From positions 1 through 64,000 of IMG/VR virus record IMGVR_UViG_3300043399_000272: a stretch of DNA of 64,000 nucleotides. The stretch is one strand, 5' to 3'. Below are positions 1-9,188 of the stretch, piece by piece (position 1 is the first letter of the stretch; every line of letters begins with the position of its first letter). Made by a program: the position numbers and the translations under genes. The notes beneath the pieces are model-generated. The model did not search any database. It had not been told where the DNA came from and saw only the letters and a list, made by a program, of their open reading frames with translations.

Positions 1-254
1 TTAATCTTGTCACGACTAAACTTAATTGCGCCGTTCCACGCCTTGAATGTGCTTGCCGAAGGTCCCCATACGTCTTTGTTATTATCGGTCCCTATGCCGC
101 CAGCAAAACATTTTTCCATGCTATCAACACATTCCTGAACAATCAACTCGGCGAACTTTTCCAATTCATCGTTGTCAAATACTGTAAGCCCATCATTGTC
201 AGTATCGGGATGTTTAAGAGCCTGTTCAGCAAGTTCTCGAATTCGGGGGTTCAT
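1..254 (-). CDS. hypothetical protein (partial), MNxRIxELAEQA...FAELIV family paralog
   Basis: Read by hand: MNPRIRELAEQA...EKFAELIVQEC; runs off the window edge; shares motifs with the next three ORFs. Confidence 0.75.
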   Translation of the reverse strand, partial: MNPRIRELAEQALKHPDTDNDGLTVFDNDELEKFAELIVQECVDSMEKCFAGGIGTDNNKDVWGPSASTFKAWNGAIKFSRDKI

Positions 255-502
255 TCTTCAACTCCGTAACGGGACAGAAGATATTCACTGATTACATAAG
301 AACCAGTTCTAAAATCAGTATCGGGACTTGCTCGACCCTTAGCCAATACTGCCTCAGCACAGTCCTTGATAATCAACTCGGTGAGTTTTTCTGTGTAGGT
401 CGCAAGCCAAGAGAATTGTTTATTACGATCCTCAGTCCAACTTTCAGCCTGATCGGCGTGGTCCTCGGCTTTTTGAGAAAGTTCATCAAGTAATTTGTTC
501 AT
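251..502 (-). CDS. hypothetical protein, same paralog family
   Basis: ORF track; ELIIKDC and C-terminal YGVEE motifs; overlapping start/stop coupling. Confidence 0.75.
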   Translation of the reverse strand: MNKLLDELSQKAEDHADQAESWTEDRNKQFSWLATYTEKLTELIIKDCAEAVLAKGRASPDTDFRTGSYVISEYLLSRYGVEE

Positions 503-705
503 TATTCAACTCCGAAATGTTTTGCCAGTTCTTCTGATGCTTCTTTTACATCCTTACCGCCGAATTCATCCTCAAGTAGATATCCAGCAGTCTTACGCAT
601 ACATTCCCTGACAATCAACTCAGCGAACACTTGGTCGCGAATATCTGGATCGTCCCCACCTTGTTCGTCAGCTTGTTCAACCAGTTCCCAAAATCGTTCG
701 TTCAT
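502..705 (-). CDS. hypothetical protein, same paralog family
   Basis: MNERFWELVEQA...FAELIVREC...HFGVE. Confidence 0.8.
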   Translation of the reverse strand: MNERFWELVEQADEQGGDDPDIRDQVFAELIVRECMRKTAGYLLEDEFGGKDVKEASEELAKHFGVE

Positions 706-956
706 TGTTCAACTCCGAAATGTTCAATCAAAGCATAGGCAAAATCTTTAGCAGGATTCTCGCTAACAATGTTGGCTATGTCGTTTTCAGTTTGCTTTTC
801 TATTGCTACTCGGGCACATTCCCTCACAATCAACTCGGCGAACTTTTTCATTTCTTCTTCACAGGTTTCATTATGGTATTCCAAATACCAAATATCTTTG
901 TAATCTTCATAAAAAAATCCTGCTTGTATAGCAAGTTCTTTAATTCGTTCGTTCAT
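702..956 (-). CDS. hypothetical protein, same paralog family
   Basis: MNERIKELAIQA...FAELIVREC...HFGVEQ; the start could be 968. Confidence 0.8.
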   Translation of the reverse strand: MNERIKELAIQAGFFYEDYKDIWYLEYHNETCEEEMKKFAELIVRECARVAIEKQTENDIANIVSENPAKDFAYALIEHFGVEQ

Positions 957-1038
957 TTTAGAATCCATCCTTGATGATTGCCAGGCCCATGATGACGACA
1001 GGCATCAATACGATAACAAGATTAGTGATAGCGGTCAT

Positions 1039-1236
1039 TTACATTTCCTCCATTTGTTCGTCAGTTACTTCAACCAGTTCAGCACCATCATCGCTGTAAA
1101 AACGATTGACGATATCAACGAGGTCTCGGGGCGTGATGCGGTGACCTTCAAAAATCAGGTCACTAGAATAAAACACTTTGACCCAATCACCGGACTCCAT
1201 TGAGTTAGTGACTACACGAATTTCAAGCTTGCTCAT
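1039..1236 (-). CDS. hypothetical protein
   Basis: ORF track; ATGA overlap with the upstream gene. Confidence 0.7.
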   Translation of the reverse strand: MSKLEIRVVTNSMESGDWVKVFYSSDLIFEGHRITPRDLVDIVNRFYSDDGAELVEVTDEQMEEM

Positions 1237-1445
1237 ACCAGTTCTCCGGTTTCATCGTTGACACAGCCTAGGTAGACTGCCTTAATCATGTCATCATCCA
1301 TTGGTTCAAAATTAGCGTCACACCAGTTGATATAATCTAGTGCTGCCTCTTTAGTATCAAATTCTCTTTCCCATTTAACCTTATACAGGTTAGGCTCACC
1401 GTTCTCTACGGGGTGGACTTGGACGATGTGAAAGTATTTGGTCAT
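1233..1445 (-). CDS. hypothetical protein
   Basis: ORF track; GGAG SD upstream. Confidence 0.7.
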   Translation of the reverse strand: MTKYFHIVQVHPVENGEPNLYKVKWEREFDTKEAALDYINWCDANFEPMDDDMIKAVYLGCVNDETGELV

Positions 1446-1449
1446 GTTA

Positions 1450-1611
1450 TTACTCCGTAACTACTTCGCAAATTTCGTAGTGGTTGTCAACAAAATCGTA
1501 GGCTTCGTCTTCGGTGGTGAAGCGACCCAACTCCATACCCAACCAACGCTCGGGTCCGGTGCCATCAACATCGCCGCCGAATTCTACTTGGTATACAACA
1601 AATTGGGTCAT
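1450..1611 (-). CDS. small hypothetical protein (MTQFVVYQVEFGGD...)
   Basis: Read by hand; fills the gap in the operon with an ATGA overlap. Confidence 0.6.
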   Translation of the reverse strand: MTQFVVYQVEFGGDVDGTGPERWLGMELGRFTTEDEAYDFVDNHYEICEVVTE

Positions 1612-1808
1612 TTCAGTGCTTCCTTGCGAGTTTTGAACGGGCCTGCTACTTTAGTGAAGCCTTCTTGTGCGTGGTATTGATCCAGCGTCATACGACCTTC
1701 GATTTGGCTAGCGTTTTCTGCCCAACGATGTGCAGTTTCAGTGCCATCTGCCTTGCGAACCTTGTACCAAACAAAACGAATGTAACTCACTGCTCGTCCT
1801 TTAATCAA
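1608..1808 (-). CDS. hypothetical protein
   Basis: ORF track; the true start is probably the GTG after AAGGA near 1790. Confidence 0.6.
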   Translation of the reverse strand: MIKGRAVSYIRFVWYKVRKADGTETAHRWAENASQIEGRMTLDQYHAQEGFTKVAGPFKTRKEALK

Positions 1809-1819
1809 TCAATACATGT

Positions 1820-1848
1820 ATTATATGTCCAAAACCATTTATCGTCAA
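1820..1848 (-). promoter_or_regulatory. sigma70-type early promoter
   Basis: TTGACG-17-TATAAT on the minus strand. Confidence 0.75.
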
Positions 1849-2096
1849 CCTTTGCTGTCCTTGAGGTAGTCAAACAAGTGTGCCTTATCGTAAGCATTTT
1901 TGACTACAGGAAGGTTGTTACGCCAAATTGCGAACTTTCGTATTACATTTTCTACCCCGTTCAATGACCAGTTACGGAAGGGTGGAATCAGTGCTAAGAT
2001 TATAGCACATAGTAAGAAAAGTATTACAAAGGGGACAAAGGGAGCGGTAATACTATAGAATACAATATTGAGTTTTGCGTTAGGGCTTAGTTTCAT
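1845..2096 (-). CDS. hypothetical membrane protein
   Basis: Long hydrophobic segment at residues ~11-37. Confidence 0.7.
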   Translation of the reverse strand: MKLSPNAKLNIVFYSITAPFVPFVILFLLCAIILALIPPFRNWSLNGVENVIRKFAIWRNNLPVVKNAYDKAHLFDYLKDSKG

Positions 2097-2097
2097 T

Positions 2098-2610
2098 TTA
2101 GACCTTCACAGTTGCGCGGGGGTTGTTGATAGTCAGTGTTTGGTCTTCTGCCTCGTCACGGACAGTCAGTTTGCGATTCATAATGCCGTAACTTGCCATG
2201 AAAGGCTTTTTAGCGATAGCAATAACTTCAACACGGCGCACTTCGTTTTTACTGGCAATCATCAGTGTATCGCCAACACCGATTTCGTTACCATAGCGAT
2301 CAAAAGGAACGCACATGTCCATGTAAACATCATCATAGTTTACGCCTTCTTCGGTGATTACAACTTTAGGCTGACTACCCAGTTTAGGGATAGGACGATA
2401 CATTGGACGAGAAACTTCCTCCAACCAGATGCCTTCATAAACACCTTGGTCGTATTTGTCTTTTGCCATTGCCGCAACTTGGTGGCTGTCAAACTTTTCC
2501 AAGACAAATTGCTCGGGGTAATCCTGAACACCGATTTGCTGACCGTCAATGACCAGACCCTTGAGGTCACCGGTCAAGATTTTGTAGCGATGGGGATAAG
2601 TGCGAGCCAT
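2098..2610 (-). CDS. hypothetical protein
   Basis: 170-aa ORF directly after a promoter. Confidence 0.75.
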   Translation of the reverse strand: MARTYPHRYKILTGDLKGLVIDGQQIGVQDYPEQFVLEKFDSHQVAAMAKDKYDQGVYEGIWLEEVSRPMYRPIPKLGSQPKVVITEEGVNYDDVYMDMCVPFDRYGNEIGVGDTLMIASKNEVRRVEVIAIAKKPFMASYGIMNRKLTVRDEAEDQTLTINNPRATVKV

Positions 2611-2639
2611 TTGTGTCTTTCAGTGAATCAATACTATGT

Positions 2640-2668
2640 ATTATATGCCCAAACCGATTATTAGTCAA
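2640..2668 (-). promoter_or_regulatory. sigma70-type early promoter
   Basis: TTGACT-17-TATAAT; spacer shares ATCGGTTTGGGCA with 2851-2879. Confidence 0.75.
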
Positions 2669-2675
2669 CCTTAGG

Positions 2676-2819
2676 TCATACAGCCCAACAGTCGTCAATA
2701 TCAACAACATAGAATTTTCCGGCAGATTTGATCTTAGCCTTGAACGGACCAACATACTTTACAAACACCCCGGTTTCTTCGCTCAGTGTCTCGGGGTTGA
2801 TAAAAGTTACCTTATCCAT
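2676..2819 (-). CDS. small hypothetical protein (47 aa, MDKVTFINPE...)
   Basis: Read by hand; GGAG SD; lies after a promoter. Confidence 0.6.
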   Translation of the reverse strand: MDKVTFINPETLSEETGVFVKYVGPFKAKIKSAGKFYVVDIDDCWAV

Positions 2820-2850
2820 TGCTTACTCCGTTTTCTCATTCAATACATGT

Positions 2851-2879
2851 ATTATATGCCCAAACCGATTTATTGTCAA
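2851..2879 (-). promoter_or_regulatory. sigma70-type early promoter
   Basis: Perfect TTGACA-17-TATAAT. Confidence 0.8.
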
Positions 2880-2991
2880 CCGCGGATATAACGCCAACCA
2901 AGTCGTTCGCCGCTGTAGTAAAACAACTTACCACACCAGTCTTGGAACTGACCCATTTGTTGCTCCAGTCGGTCCTTGTCAGAGATATACA

Positions 2992-3321
2992 TTATTTGAC
3001 TCCAAAAGTATTGAGTTGGGGTTGCAGGGTGTTAATCAATTCAGTCTCGCGGGCATGAGCAGGACGCTTACCACGCACGACCTCGATAACACCGAACACA
3101 AAACGCTCGGCTCCACGCTCACGCAATGCACGGCTCAGACCCCAATTCTTGTTTTCAGCAAGGGCCCTTTGCATGTGTTTTTGCATACGACGGTTGAGAG
3201 TTTTGCGTACATTGCCTTTAAATGACAAAGCGGTAAGACCAATGTAATACTCAAGTGTTACAACATCCTGGATGTAGTAGATTACTTGGTTACGATCGGA
3301 CCTGCGCTTGCGTTTCATCAT
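2992..3321 (-). CDS. GIY-YIG family nuclease-like protein
   Basis: VIYYI...YYIG motif, R...H, E..LI...LN; the ATG at 3321 coincides with the predicted +1. Confidence 0.7.
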   Translation of the reverse strand: MMKRKRRSDRNQVIYYIQDVVTLEYYIGLTALSFKGNVRKTLNRRMQKHMQRALAENKNWGLSRALRERGAERFVFGVIEVVRGKRPAHARETELINTLQPQLNTFGVK

Positions 3322-3327
3322 TTTTGT

Positions 3328-3356
3328 ATTATGACACACCTTGGATTTATTGTCAA
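3328..3356 (-). promoter_or_regulatory. sigma70-type promoter (leaderless transcript)
   Basis: TTGACA-17-CATAAT; ATG 7 nt downstream. Confidence 0.65.
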
Positions 3357-3514
3357 GTTTTGGGCAAGAAATTTACTTTGGTATTCCCCTGAAATTTACT
3401 TTGGTGTTTCTTGTGCATCAGAGTACACCTCAGGGAAAAGTATCGGTCCTAGCGTTCCTGACAGGCGAAAATGAATACTTTAGTTACTGAAATTGTAAGT
3501 AGATAGTATTCATT

Positions 3515-4042
3515 TTAACATGCGAATTCCTTGACCAGCATCGTGACAAAATCCTCGCTACTATCGCCCAAGTCTTTCTCGCCTTGCGGGTAGACAAAAA
3601 CATCACCGTACTTTGCTAATTTTTCACCAGCATCGTCACCGTCGCAAACTACAACGACCAAGCGGTTCAATGTTTTCAACCAGTTCTTAAAATCAGCACC
3701 AGGATTGTTACTCAAAACTGCAACTGCGCTAACTCCTCGGCTAGTCAATCTTGCGGCATCGAACAGTCCCTCACAGACAAACAAAACATGAGGGGTAAGG
3801 TGTAAACTTTCGACACCCCAAACTGCGACTGTGGGTTGACTGCGGTATGTGAAATACTTACCTTGCTTGGGGTTGTTTTGGGGCTTCTTTTCACCCTCAG
3901 GGCGGTATTGTTGGTAGCCAACTAATGCACCCGAGAGATTGTACAGGAAGAAAGTCGCAACACGATTTTTCTCGTCCACCATAGGACGATGCAACTCAAG
4001 GTTGAGGTGTCTGTCTTTGAGGTGTTCTGTAACTGTTTTCAT
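3515..4042 (-). CDS. Toprim-domain (primase-like) protein
   Basis: VCEGLFDA and VVCDGDDAG Toprim motifs, KDLGD. Confidence 0.8.
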   Translation of the reverse strand: MKTVTEHLKDRHLNLELHRPMVDEKNRVATFFLYNLSGALVGYQQYRPEGEKKPQNNPKQGKYFTYRSQPTVAVWGVESLHLTPHVLFVCEGLFDAARLTSRGVSAVAVLSNNPGADFKNWLKTLNRLVVVVCDGDDAGEKLAKYGDVFVYPQGEKDLGDSSEDFVTMLVKEFAC

Positions 4043-4048
4043 ACCTCA

Positions 4049-4077
4049 ATTATAAACCCAAACTGATTATTAGTCAA
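4049..4077 (-). promoter_or_regulatory. sigma70-type promoter (leaderless transcript)
   Basis: TTGACT-17-TATAAT; ATG 7 nt downstream. Confidence 0.65.
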
Positions 4078-4097
4078 GTTTGGGTTGTAGTACTTAG

Positions 4098-4286
4098 TTA
4101 CACTTTTGTGATTTCAGCACGCCAGAAGTAATCAGGAGTGCCTCCTTCTTCCCAACGGGCCTTGTAGGCTTTGGCTTCCTCTAGGGTAGTGAAATACTTA
4201 GTGTCGTTAGGATCAACTCGCTGACCCCATCCACGCTCATATTCAGTGACGGTGACTTTGTAAACACCACTCAGTTTGACTTCCAT
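4098..4286 (-). CDS. hypothetical protein
   Basis: AGGAG SD; EYERGWGQR motif. Confidence 0.75.
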   Translation of the reverse strand: MEVKLSGVYKVTVTEYERGWGQRVDPNDTKYFTTLEEAKAYKARWEEGGTPDYFWRAEITKV

Positions 4287-4333
4287 TTCCCACTCCTTTC
4301 GTCTACTGTACTTACAGTTTACTACTGAGCGGA

Positions 4334-4765
4334 TTATTTGTCAACTATTGCCAGTGCATCAGAAAAGACTTGGTCTAATCTATGTTTAACATCGAGTTCC
4401 CAAGGAAGATTTTCATAATCTTGAAATGACATATTTTCTGGCATTTCTTTAGTAATAAAAACACCATGCCAATAACTAGAACCATCACGTTTTATTTTCA
4501 AAACACCAATATGCTTTTGATGTACATGTATTAATTCGTGAGTTAATATTTTAGGAATCTGTTCTAATGGAACATTTACATTTATACCTACTCTGTTAAT
4601 ACGATACATATCAATACCTCCATAAATGTTTTGTCCTAAATCGTATAAACAAACATCAATTAACGGGGGTAATTCAATGACTTTAGATACAGCAATAGTA
4701 AATCTGTTTATTATTGCCTCTTGTTGGTATCTAGGTTTATTGTCTTGGTAATAAAACCTAACCAT
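4334..4765 (-). CDS. zincin-like metallopeptidase
   Basis: HELIHVHQ (HExxH) and downstream LPWE. Confidence 0.7.
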   Translation of the reverse strand: MVRFYYQDNKPRYQQEAIINRFTIAVSKVIELPPLIDVCLYDLGQNIYGGIDMYRINRVGINVNVPLEQIPKILTHELIHVHQKHIGVLKIKRDGSSYWHGVFITKEMPENMSFQDYENLPWELDVKHRLDQVFSDALAIVDK

Positions 4766-5226
4766 TAAACACTTGTAGATTTTTCTATTGGCTTTGTATA
4801 TTCGTAATTAACAGTATCTACATTTTCACGAAATACAATTGCTCCATTACGCAAATGGAATCGTCTAGCTAATTCAGTTTTCGGACTTAATGTAACAAAG
4901 CGAGTTACGCTGGGATATTCACGCTGTATGCCCTTTACTGATTCTATTAATAATTCTTGACCCTTACCTGCTTTATAACTCCATATTGTATAAAATACAG
5001 CAGTAGTAGGTACTTGGGTAGTATTATTTAAATCATCAACATTTTCAGGAACAAAATCATGGAAACTTACACAAACCATTGCGTCTGGTTTTTCTTCATC
5101 GCTAGTTAATGCGGCGACCATTCTACCGTTCGATACTCTAAAATCTTTAGGAATATCTGGACGAACAGGATCGTCTTTAATAAATTCAAGTAGTTTGTGT
5201 GTTAGGTCTTTGATGAAGGTAAGCAT
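4765..5226 (-). CDS. conserved phage protein, possibly GNAT-like fold
   Basis: DDPVRP, FYTIWSY..GKG, VTLSP...RFHLRNGA. Confidence 0.6.
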   Translation of the reverse strand: MLTFIKDLTHKLLEFIKDDPVRPDIPKDFRVSNGRMVAALTSDEEKPDAMVCVSFHDFVPENVDDLNNTTQVPTTAVFYTIWSYKAGKGQELLIESVKGIQREYPSVTRFVTLSPKTELARRFHLRNGAIVFRENVDTVNYEYTKPIEKSTSV

Positions 5227-5264
5227 GATAAGTGTATTTATACATAACGTATAAAATACGTATA

Positions 5265-6023
5265 TTATGCATTATAAATTGATTTTAGTAACCTGTCAAC
5301 TACTGCTTGTCGTTCATGTTTTGTTTTTGCTCCCAAAACGGTTATGTTGTACAAATGATTATTTGCGTTGATAATCATAGTTACACAAAAGCCAGCAGCC
5401 TTGGTAAACCCTGTTTTGATAGCTACTACTCCATCACGACCGAAATACTGACTGGTTGAATTAGTGGTAATCTTTAATTTCTTTTTACCTTGTTTAGAAT
5501 TCACAGTTACAGTTTTAGATTTGGCAGCATCACGCACTATGTCAAATTCTTGCATTGCTTTAGATAACAAGATAATATCAGATATTGTGCTATAGTTCAT
5601 AGGACTTAATCCAGTTGGTTCTACAAACCCAGTATTATTCATATTCAAATCACGTGAATGTTGATTCATCTTGTGAATAAAATAACTGTACCCGATCGGG
5701 AAGTTTTCTGCTAATGTTTGCGCGGCTAGATTATCACTACTGATTAGTGTGAGTTTGATCAAGTCTAATCTACTTAATGACATTCCTTTACTGATTTTAG
5801 TATTAGGAGTCTTTTTACTAGTGACGGTTAATATTTCATCCAAATCCTGATTCTCTTTTAGAATAGTATAAACCGTCATTAACTTACTAATACTAGCAAT
5901 ACTTAATTCAGAGTTATCCAATGAACCTTCTAGGATTTTGTCGTTGGTTATATCATATGCTACGGCCGTAGGTTGAGCAAAAGCGGCGAACGGTAATAAT
6001 AAAAATATAAAAATTTTAAGCAT
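5265..6023 (-). CDS. D-Ala-D-Ala peptidase (peptidase S11, PBP7-like)
   Basis: Signal peptide; SISK (SxxK), SDN and KTG motifs. Confidence 0.9.
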   Translation of the reverse strand: MLKIFIFLLLPFAAFAQPTAVAYDITNDKILEGSLDNSELSIASISKLMTVYTILKENQDLDEILTVTSKKTPNTKISKGMSLSRLDLIKLTLISSDNLAAQTLAENFPIGYSYFIHKMNQHSRDLNMNNTGFVEPTGLSPMNYSTISDIILLSKAMQEFDIVRDAAKSKTVTVNSKQGKKKLKITTNSTSQYFGRDGVVAIKTGFTKAAGFCVTMIINANNHLYNITVLGAKTKHERQAVVDRLLKSIYNA

Positions 6024-6087
6024 AATATATTTAGTTTATCATAAATTACATGAATTAGTCAAAAGTAACGGATAATCCGTAATAACC

Positions 6088-6116
6088 AAAAAAATAGGGG
6101 CCGAAGCCCCTATTTT
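6088..6116. terminator. intrinsic terminator
   Basis: AAAATAGGGG-CCGAAG-CCCCTATTTT hairpin with a U-tract on the minus strand. Confidence 0.8.
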
Positions 6117-6738
6117 AACCTGGTCCATAGACCTCTTCTCGGCTTTTCATTCCAACCAAGCCCCCTTCTGCTTCGATTCGTTTGAATACATCCTCAAGCA
6201 AAATAGGTCTAAAGTCAGTCTGCTCTACACAAACACAGTGATATCGAGGATCAACTACTTCCTCTTCTACTGTAAAGGGTCTAGGATCATACTTACTAGT
6301 CCTTTCAACCTTGACACTTTTCATCACACGGTGAGCATGAAGATGTCCGTGAATGTTAGTACCAAATCGACCAAGGTTGCTTTCATGCACAGGGATGTGA
6401 CTGAGGATACAACCATTCATCACATGATACGCACGAATATCCCTAAAGTAAGGAGTGTAGTCCTCAAGTCTAAAGATATCGTGGTTGCCCTTGATAAGCA
6501 CCTTGTCGCCATTAAGTCTTGCAAGAGTCTTAAGGGCTTTGCGATTGATTACAACATCCCCGAGGTGATAGACTTTATCATTGGGACGAACTGTTTCATT
6601 CCAACGACGGATCATTTCTTCATCCATTTCCTCGGGACTATCCCAAGGACGGAGTTTCGTCACACCATCGGGGCCCATGAACCTACAAACACCTGTGTGA
6701 CCAAAGTGTGTATCACTAACTAAAAATACCGCGGGCAT
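6115..6738 (-). CDS. calcineurin-like metallophosphoesterase
   Basis: DTHFGH, HLGD, GNHD, SH, HGHLH motifs. Confidence 0.9.
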   Translation of the reverse strand: MPAVFLVSDTHFGHTGVCRFMGPDGVTKLRPWDSPEEMDEEMIRRWNETVRPNDKVYHLGDVVINRKALKTLARLNGDKVLIKGNHDIFRLEDYTPYFRDIRAYHVMNGCILSHIPVHESNLGRFGTNIHGHLHAHRVMKSVKVERTSKYDPRPFTVEEEVVDPRYHCVCVEQTDFRPILLEDVFKRIEAEGGLVGMKSREEVYGPG

Positions 6739-6739
6739 T

Positions 6740-6967
6740 TTATGCTCCTCTCAATTCTAATTTCTTATTCAGATAAGCAACAAACTCGGTATAGAATTTA
6801 GTACCAAAGTCTGGATGCCTTTTCAGGTCACCGACTGTTTTGTCACGTAATGCAACCATGTCTTCGGTTGACATATCATTGTAATAACGTTCCAAATCAA
6901 ATGTCGGTTGACCTTCGGCAGTTGTTGTTCTGTATTTCAACAGAAAGGCTTGTCGTTCTGTAGTCAC
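6740..6967 (-). CDS. hypothetical protein
   Basis: ORF track; operon context. Confidence 0.65.
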   Translation of the reverse strand: MTTERQAFLLKYRTTTAEGQPTFDLERYYNDMSTEDMVALRDKTVGDLKRHPDFGTKFYTEFVAYLNKKLELRGA

Positions 6968-7176
6968 TTTCGTTTTCCAACCTTGCTTACAACATCAGCC
7001 TTGCTTTGTTGCAACTGAGCCAAGAACCTGCGATAGACACGCAATGCGGCGATGCTCATTGGGTCTTCCTTACCTTCCAGTTCTTGGATACGGTCTTGTA
7101 ATTCTTTCTCTTTAGCACGATGACGTTCAACATCGGCTTTGAGACCTTTAGCATCGCCCCAGAAAAACTTAGTCAT
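6964..7176 (-). CDS. hypothetical coiled-coil protein
   Basis: AGGAG SD. Confidence 0.7.
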   Translation of the reverse strand: MTKFFWGDAKGLKADVERHRAKEKELQDRIQELEGKEDPMSIAALRVYRRFLAQLQQSKADVVSKVGKRK

Positions 7177-7190
7177 ATCGTGCTCCTTTC

Positions 7191-7385
7191 TTAAAAGTTA
7201 AAACTGCGAACCCACTCAAACCTAGTTGATGCAGGTACCCATCGGAATTGTTGCTTTTTACGCTCGGCTTGCTCCCAATCAACACAGAGCATAACCCAAC
7301 CACGATCGGTAGAGAAACCCACAGTGTCGGCAACACGGACGACTTGAAAAAGTCTACCTTGCATCTTTGCGACTACAACTGTCAT
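7191..7385 (-). CDS. hypothetical protein
   Basis: AGGAG SD; TTGACA-17-TATAAT promoter at ~7415-7443. Confidence 0.7.
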   Translation of the reverse strand: MTVVVAKMQGRLFQVVRVADTVGFSTDRGWVMLCVDWEQAERKKQQFRWVPASTRFEWVRSFNF

Positions 7386-7452
7386 TTTGGGCTCCTTTCA
7401 TAATCTATTCCATTATTATATGCCCAAAATGATTTATTGTCAATGTAATACT

Positions 7453-7917
7453 TTATGATGCATACCAGATTTCCTTAAAACCTTCATTTTCAGAAGGCAT
7501 GTCGAAGTTTTCAATCATGCTACTCATAACATGATCCGGAATGTTTTTACCAGGACGGTTTGCCAAACGCTTGGCTAATTCTTCTTTTTCGGGTGTAGCA
7601 AATACTATAGCAATATGCTCATAGTCTTGTAACATGTTGAACTTACGCTGGCGGCTCTTTACAGTTGTCGATGTTTGATCCCAAATAATATCTTTGCCTT
7701 GTTCTCGGGCTTCAACTACTTTGTCAGTCATTAAAGTTACAGCGATTGGCATATATTCATCAAATACCTCAGAATATGTTTTGCCCTGCTCTTTAGCATA
7801 CGCTTCTACAAATTCATCAGTGGAAACAATTACACACTCGTTAATCCAATTTTGATTCTTGACCCAAGTAGATTTACCTGAGCCAGGAACTCCTACTAAT
7901 TGATAGCACTTAGACAT
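7453..7917 (-). CDS. P-loop kinase (AAA_33 / polynucleotide-kinase-like)
   Basis: GVPGSGKST Walker A, STD, DQT, RxxxR lid. Confidence 0.85.
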   Translation of the reverse strand: MSKCYQLVGVPGSGKSTWVKNQNWINECVIVSTDEFVEAYAKEQGKTYSEVFDEYMPIAVTLMTDKVVEAREQGKDIIWDQTSTTVKSRQRKFNMLQDYEHIAIVFATPEKEELAKRLANRPGKNIPDHVMSSMIENFDMPSENEGFKEIWYAS

Positions 7918-8137
7918 ATTCTTTCTTTACTCGTCCAATACGGCTTGATTTGTTCCAGTCGTATGCAACACCGTCAGGAGTCTTACCGTCTTTTACAGAG
8001 TCAACACCAAACATGCCGCAGATTTCAAAGTCATCACTAGATATAGTGACAAATTCGTTCATCACCTTTGCGGTGTGCATTGCTTCTTCTAAAGTCATAA
8101 CCTCGAATGTTACTTTTGAACCTGTTACTTTAATCAT
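7910..8137 (-). CDS. hypothetical protein
   Basis: ORF track; overlaps both neighbours. Confidence 0.7.
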   Translation of the reverse strand: MIKVTGSKVTFEVMTLEEAMHTAKVMNEFVTISSDDFEICGMFGVDSVKDGKTPDGVAYDWNKSSRIGRVKKEYV

Positions 8138-8624
8138 AATTATCTTCTTTCATGTTGGGGACAATTATCCCACTATCTAAAACTGTACCATTGATATTGT
8201 GTGGTTCGTTTTCATCATAAGTCCAACCCAACACTTTCATCATCTTGTGTTTGACCATTAAGTTGGGGCTACGAAAGGTCTCGGTGTCATCGAATCCCAT
8301 CATTACGCCAACTTCACAGACTGCACCACTGCGACATACACCGGCGACACAATGCACGATAACATCCATGCGATTGTCTAATGCATGTTGCAACAGTTTA
8401 ACAAGTTTGTCAGCCTGTTCGTCAGTGATTTTGAATTCTTCACCCCAAGGGTCATTAAGTTCAAGGTCTAGGAACTCAAATTGATGAATCTCTTTAAACT
8501 GATATTTAGGGGTGGGGAACTCCATTGCAGGATCAACAATTTGAATCAGCATGGAATTCTCGCCAACACGGGTATGATATCCTTTTGGTATATCGGCAAG
8601 TGCTACGTTTTGAATCCAAGGCAT
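8130..8624 (-). CDS. Cys-dependent (PTP/DSP-like) phosphatase
   Basis: HCVAGVCRS (HCx5R); start moved to MPWIQN because the upstream part is a tRNA. Confidence 0.8.
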   Translation of the reverse strand: MPWIQNVALADIPKGYHTRVGENSMLIQIVDPAMEFPTPKYQFKEIHQFEFLDLELNDPWGEEFKITDEQADKLVKLLQHALDNRMDVIVHCVAGVCRSGAVCEVGVMMGFDDTETFRSPNLMVKHKMMKVLGWTYDENEPHNINGTVLDSGIIVPNMKEDNYD

Positions 8625-8641
8625 GATAACTCTCTTTTGTT

Positions 8642-8728
8642 TGGTACCCTGAGGGAGATTCGAACTCCCAGCTATTCGCTTAACCCACGACCTCAACGTG
8701 GTGACTCTACCAATTCGTCCACCAGGGC
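8642..8728 (-). tRNA. tRNA-Leu(GAG)
   Basis: Cloverleaf, loop TTGAGGT, long V arm, encoded CCA. Confidence 0.85.
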
Positions 8729-9188
8729 ATAATGTATTGTAAATTGTTTTGGGATTTTTGTCAACCGCTTAAAGAGCACCCTAGTTGCACTAAATGAATA
8801 TTAAAGTATTAAAATAAAGAACGTGTCGTTAGAAAGACTATTTGCGGTTGTTCGTCTAGGATGCTTTTGGAAGTACACTACCTTTTCACTAACAGAGCCT
8901 GTCTTATCGGCAGGGTGCGTAATATACTTTCAAAATTGTCGGCTACTCTCACTACAAAGCCCCGACATGAGTTTAAGGTGCTGTCCTACTTTATTGAATC
9001 TGGACAATTAAGTTATGCCCCACGACAGTTTTAAGTATCCCATGTAAGCGGGACTTAAGGTCAAGTTCGTGCGTACCTAGCAGTTTCTATGGTGATTGCC
9101 CCACCCACTTTAGATAACGTCAAAGTGTAAACCGAGTGATTGAGAGCAAGCACGTGTTTTCACAGAGGTGCTTGGCATATACTACTAT

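Noticed and set aside
705-3225. Plus-strand ORFs of 80-198 aa
   Set aside because: They are antisense shadows of the coupled minus-strand operon.
1818-8765. Recurring ~30-nt intergenic repeat as a mobile element
   Set aside because: It is explained as a family of sigma70 early promoters.
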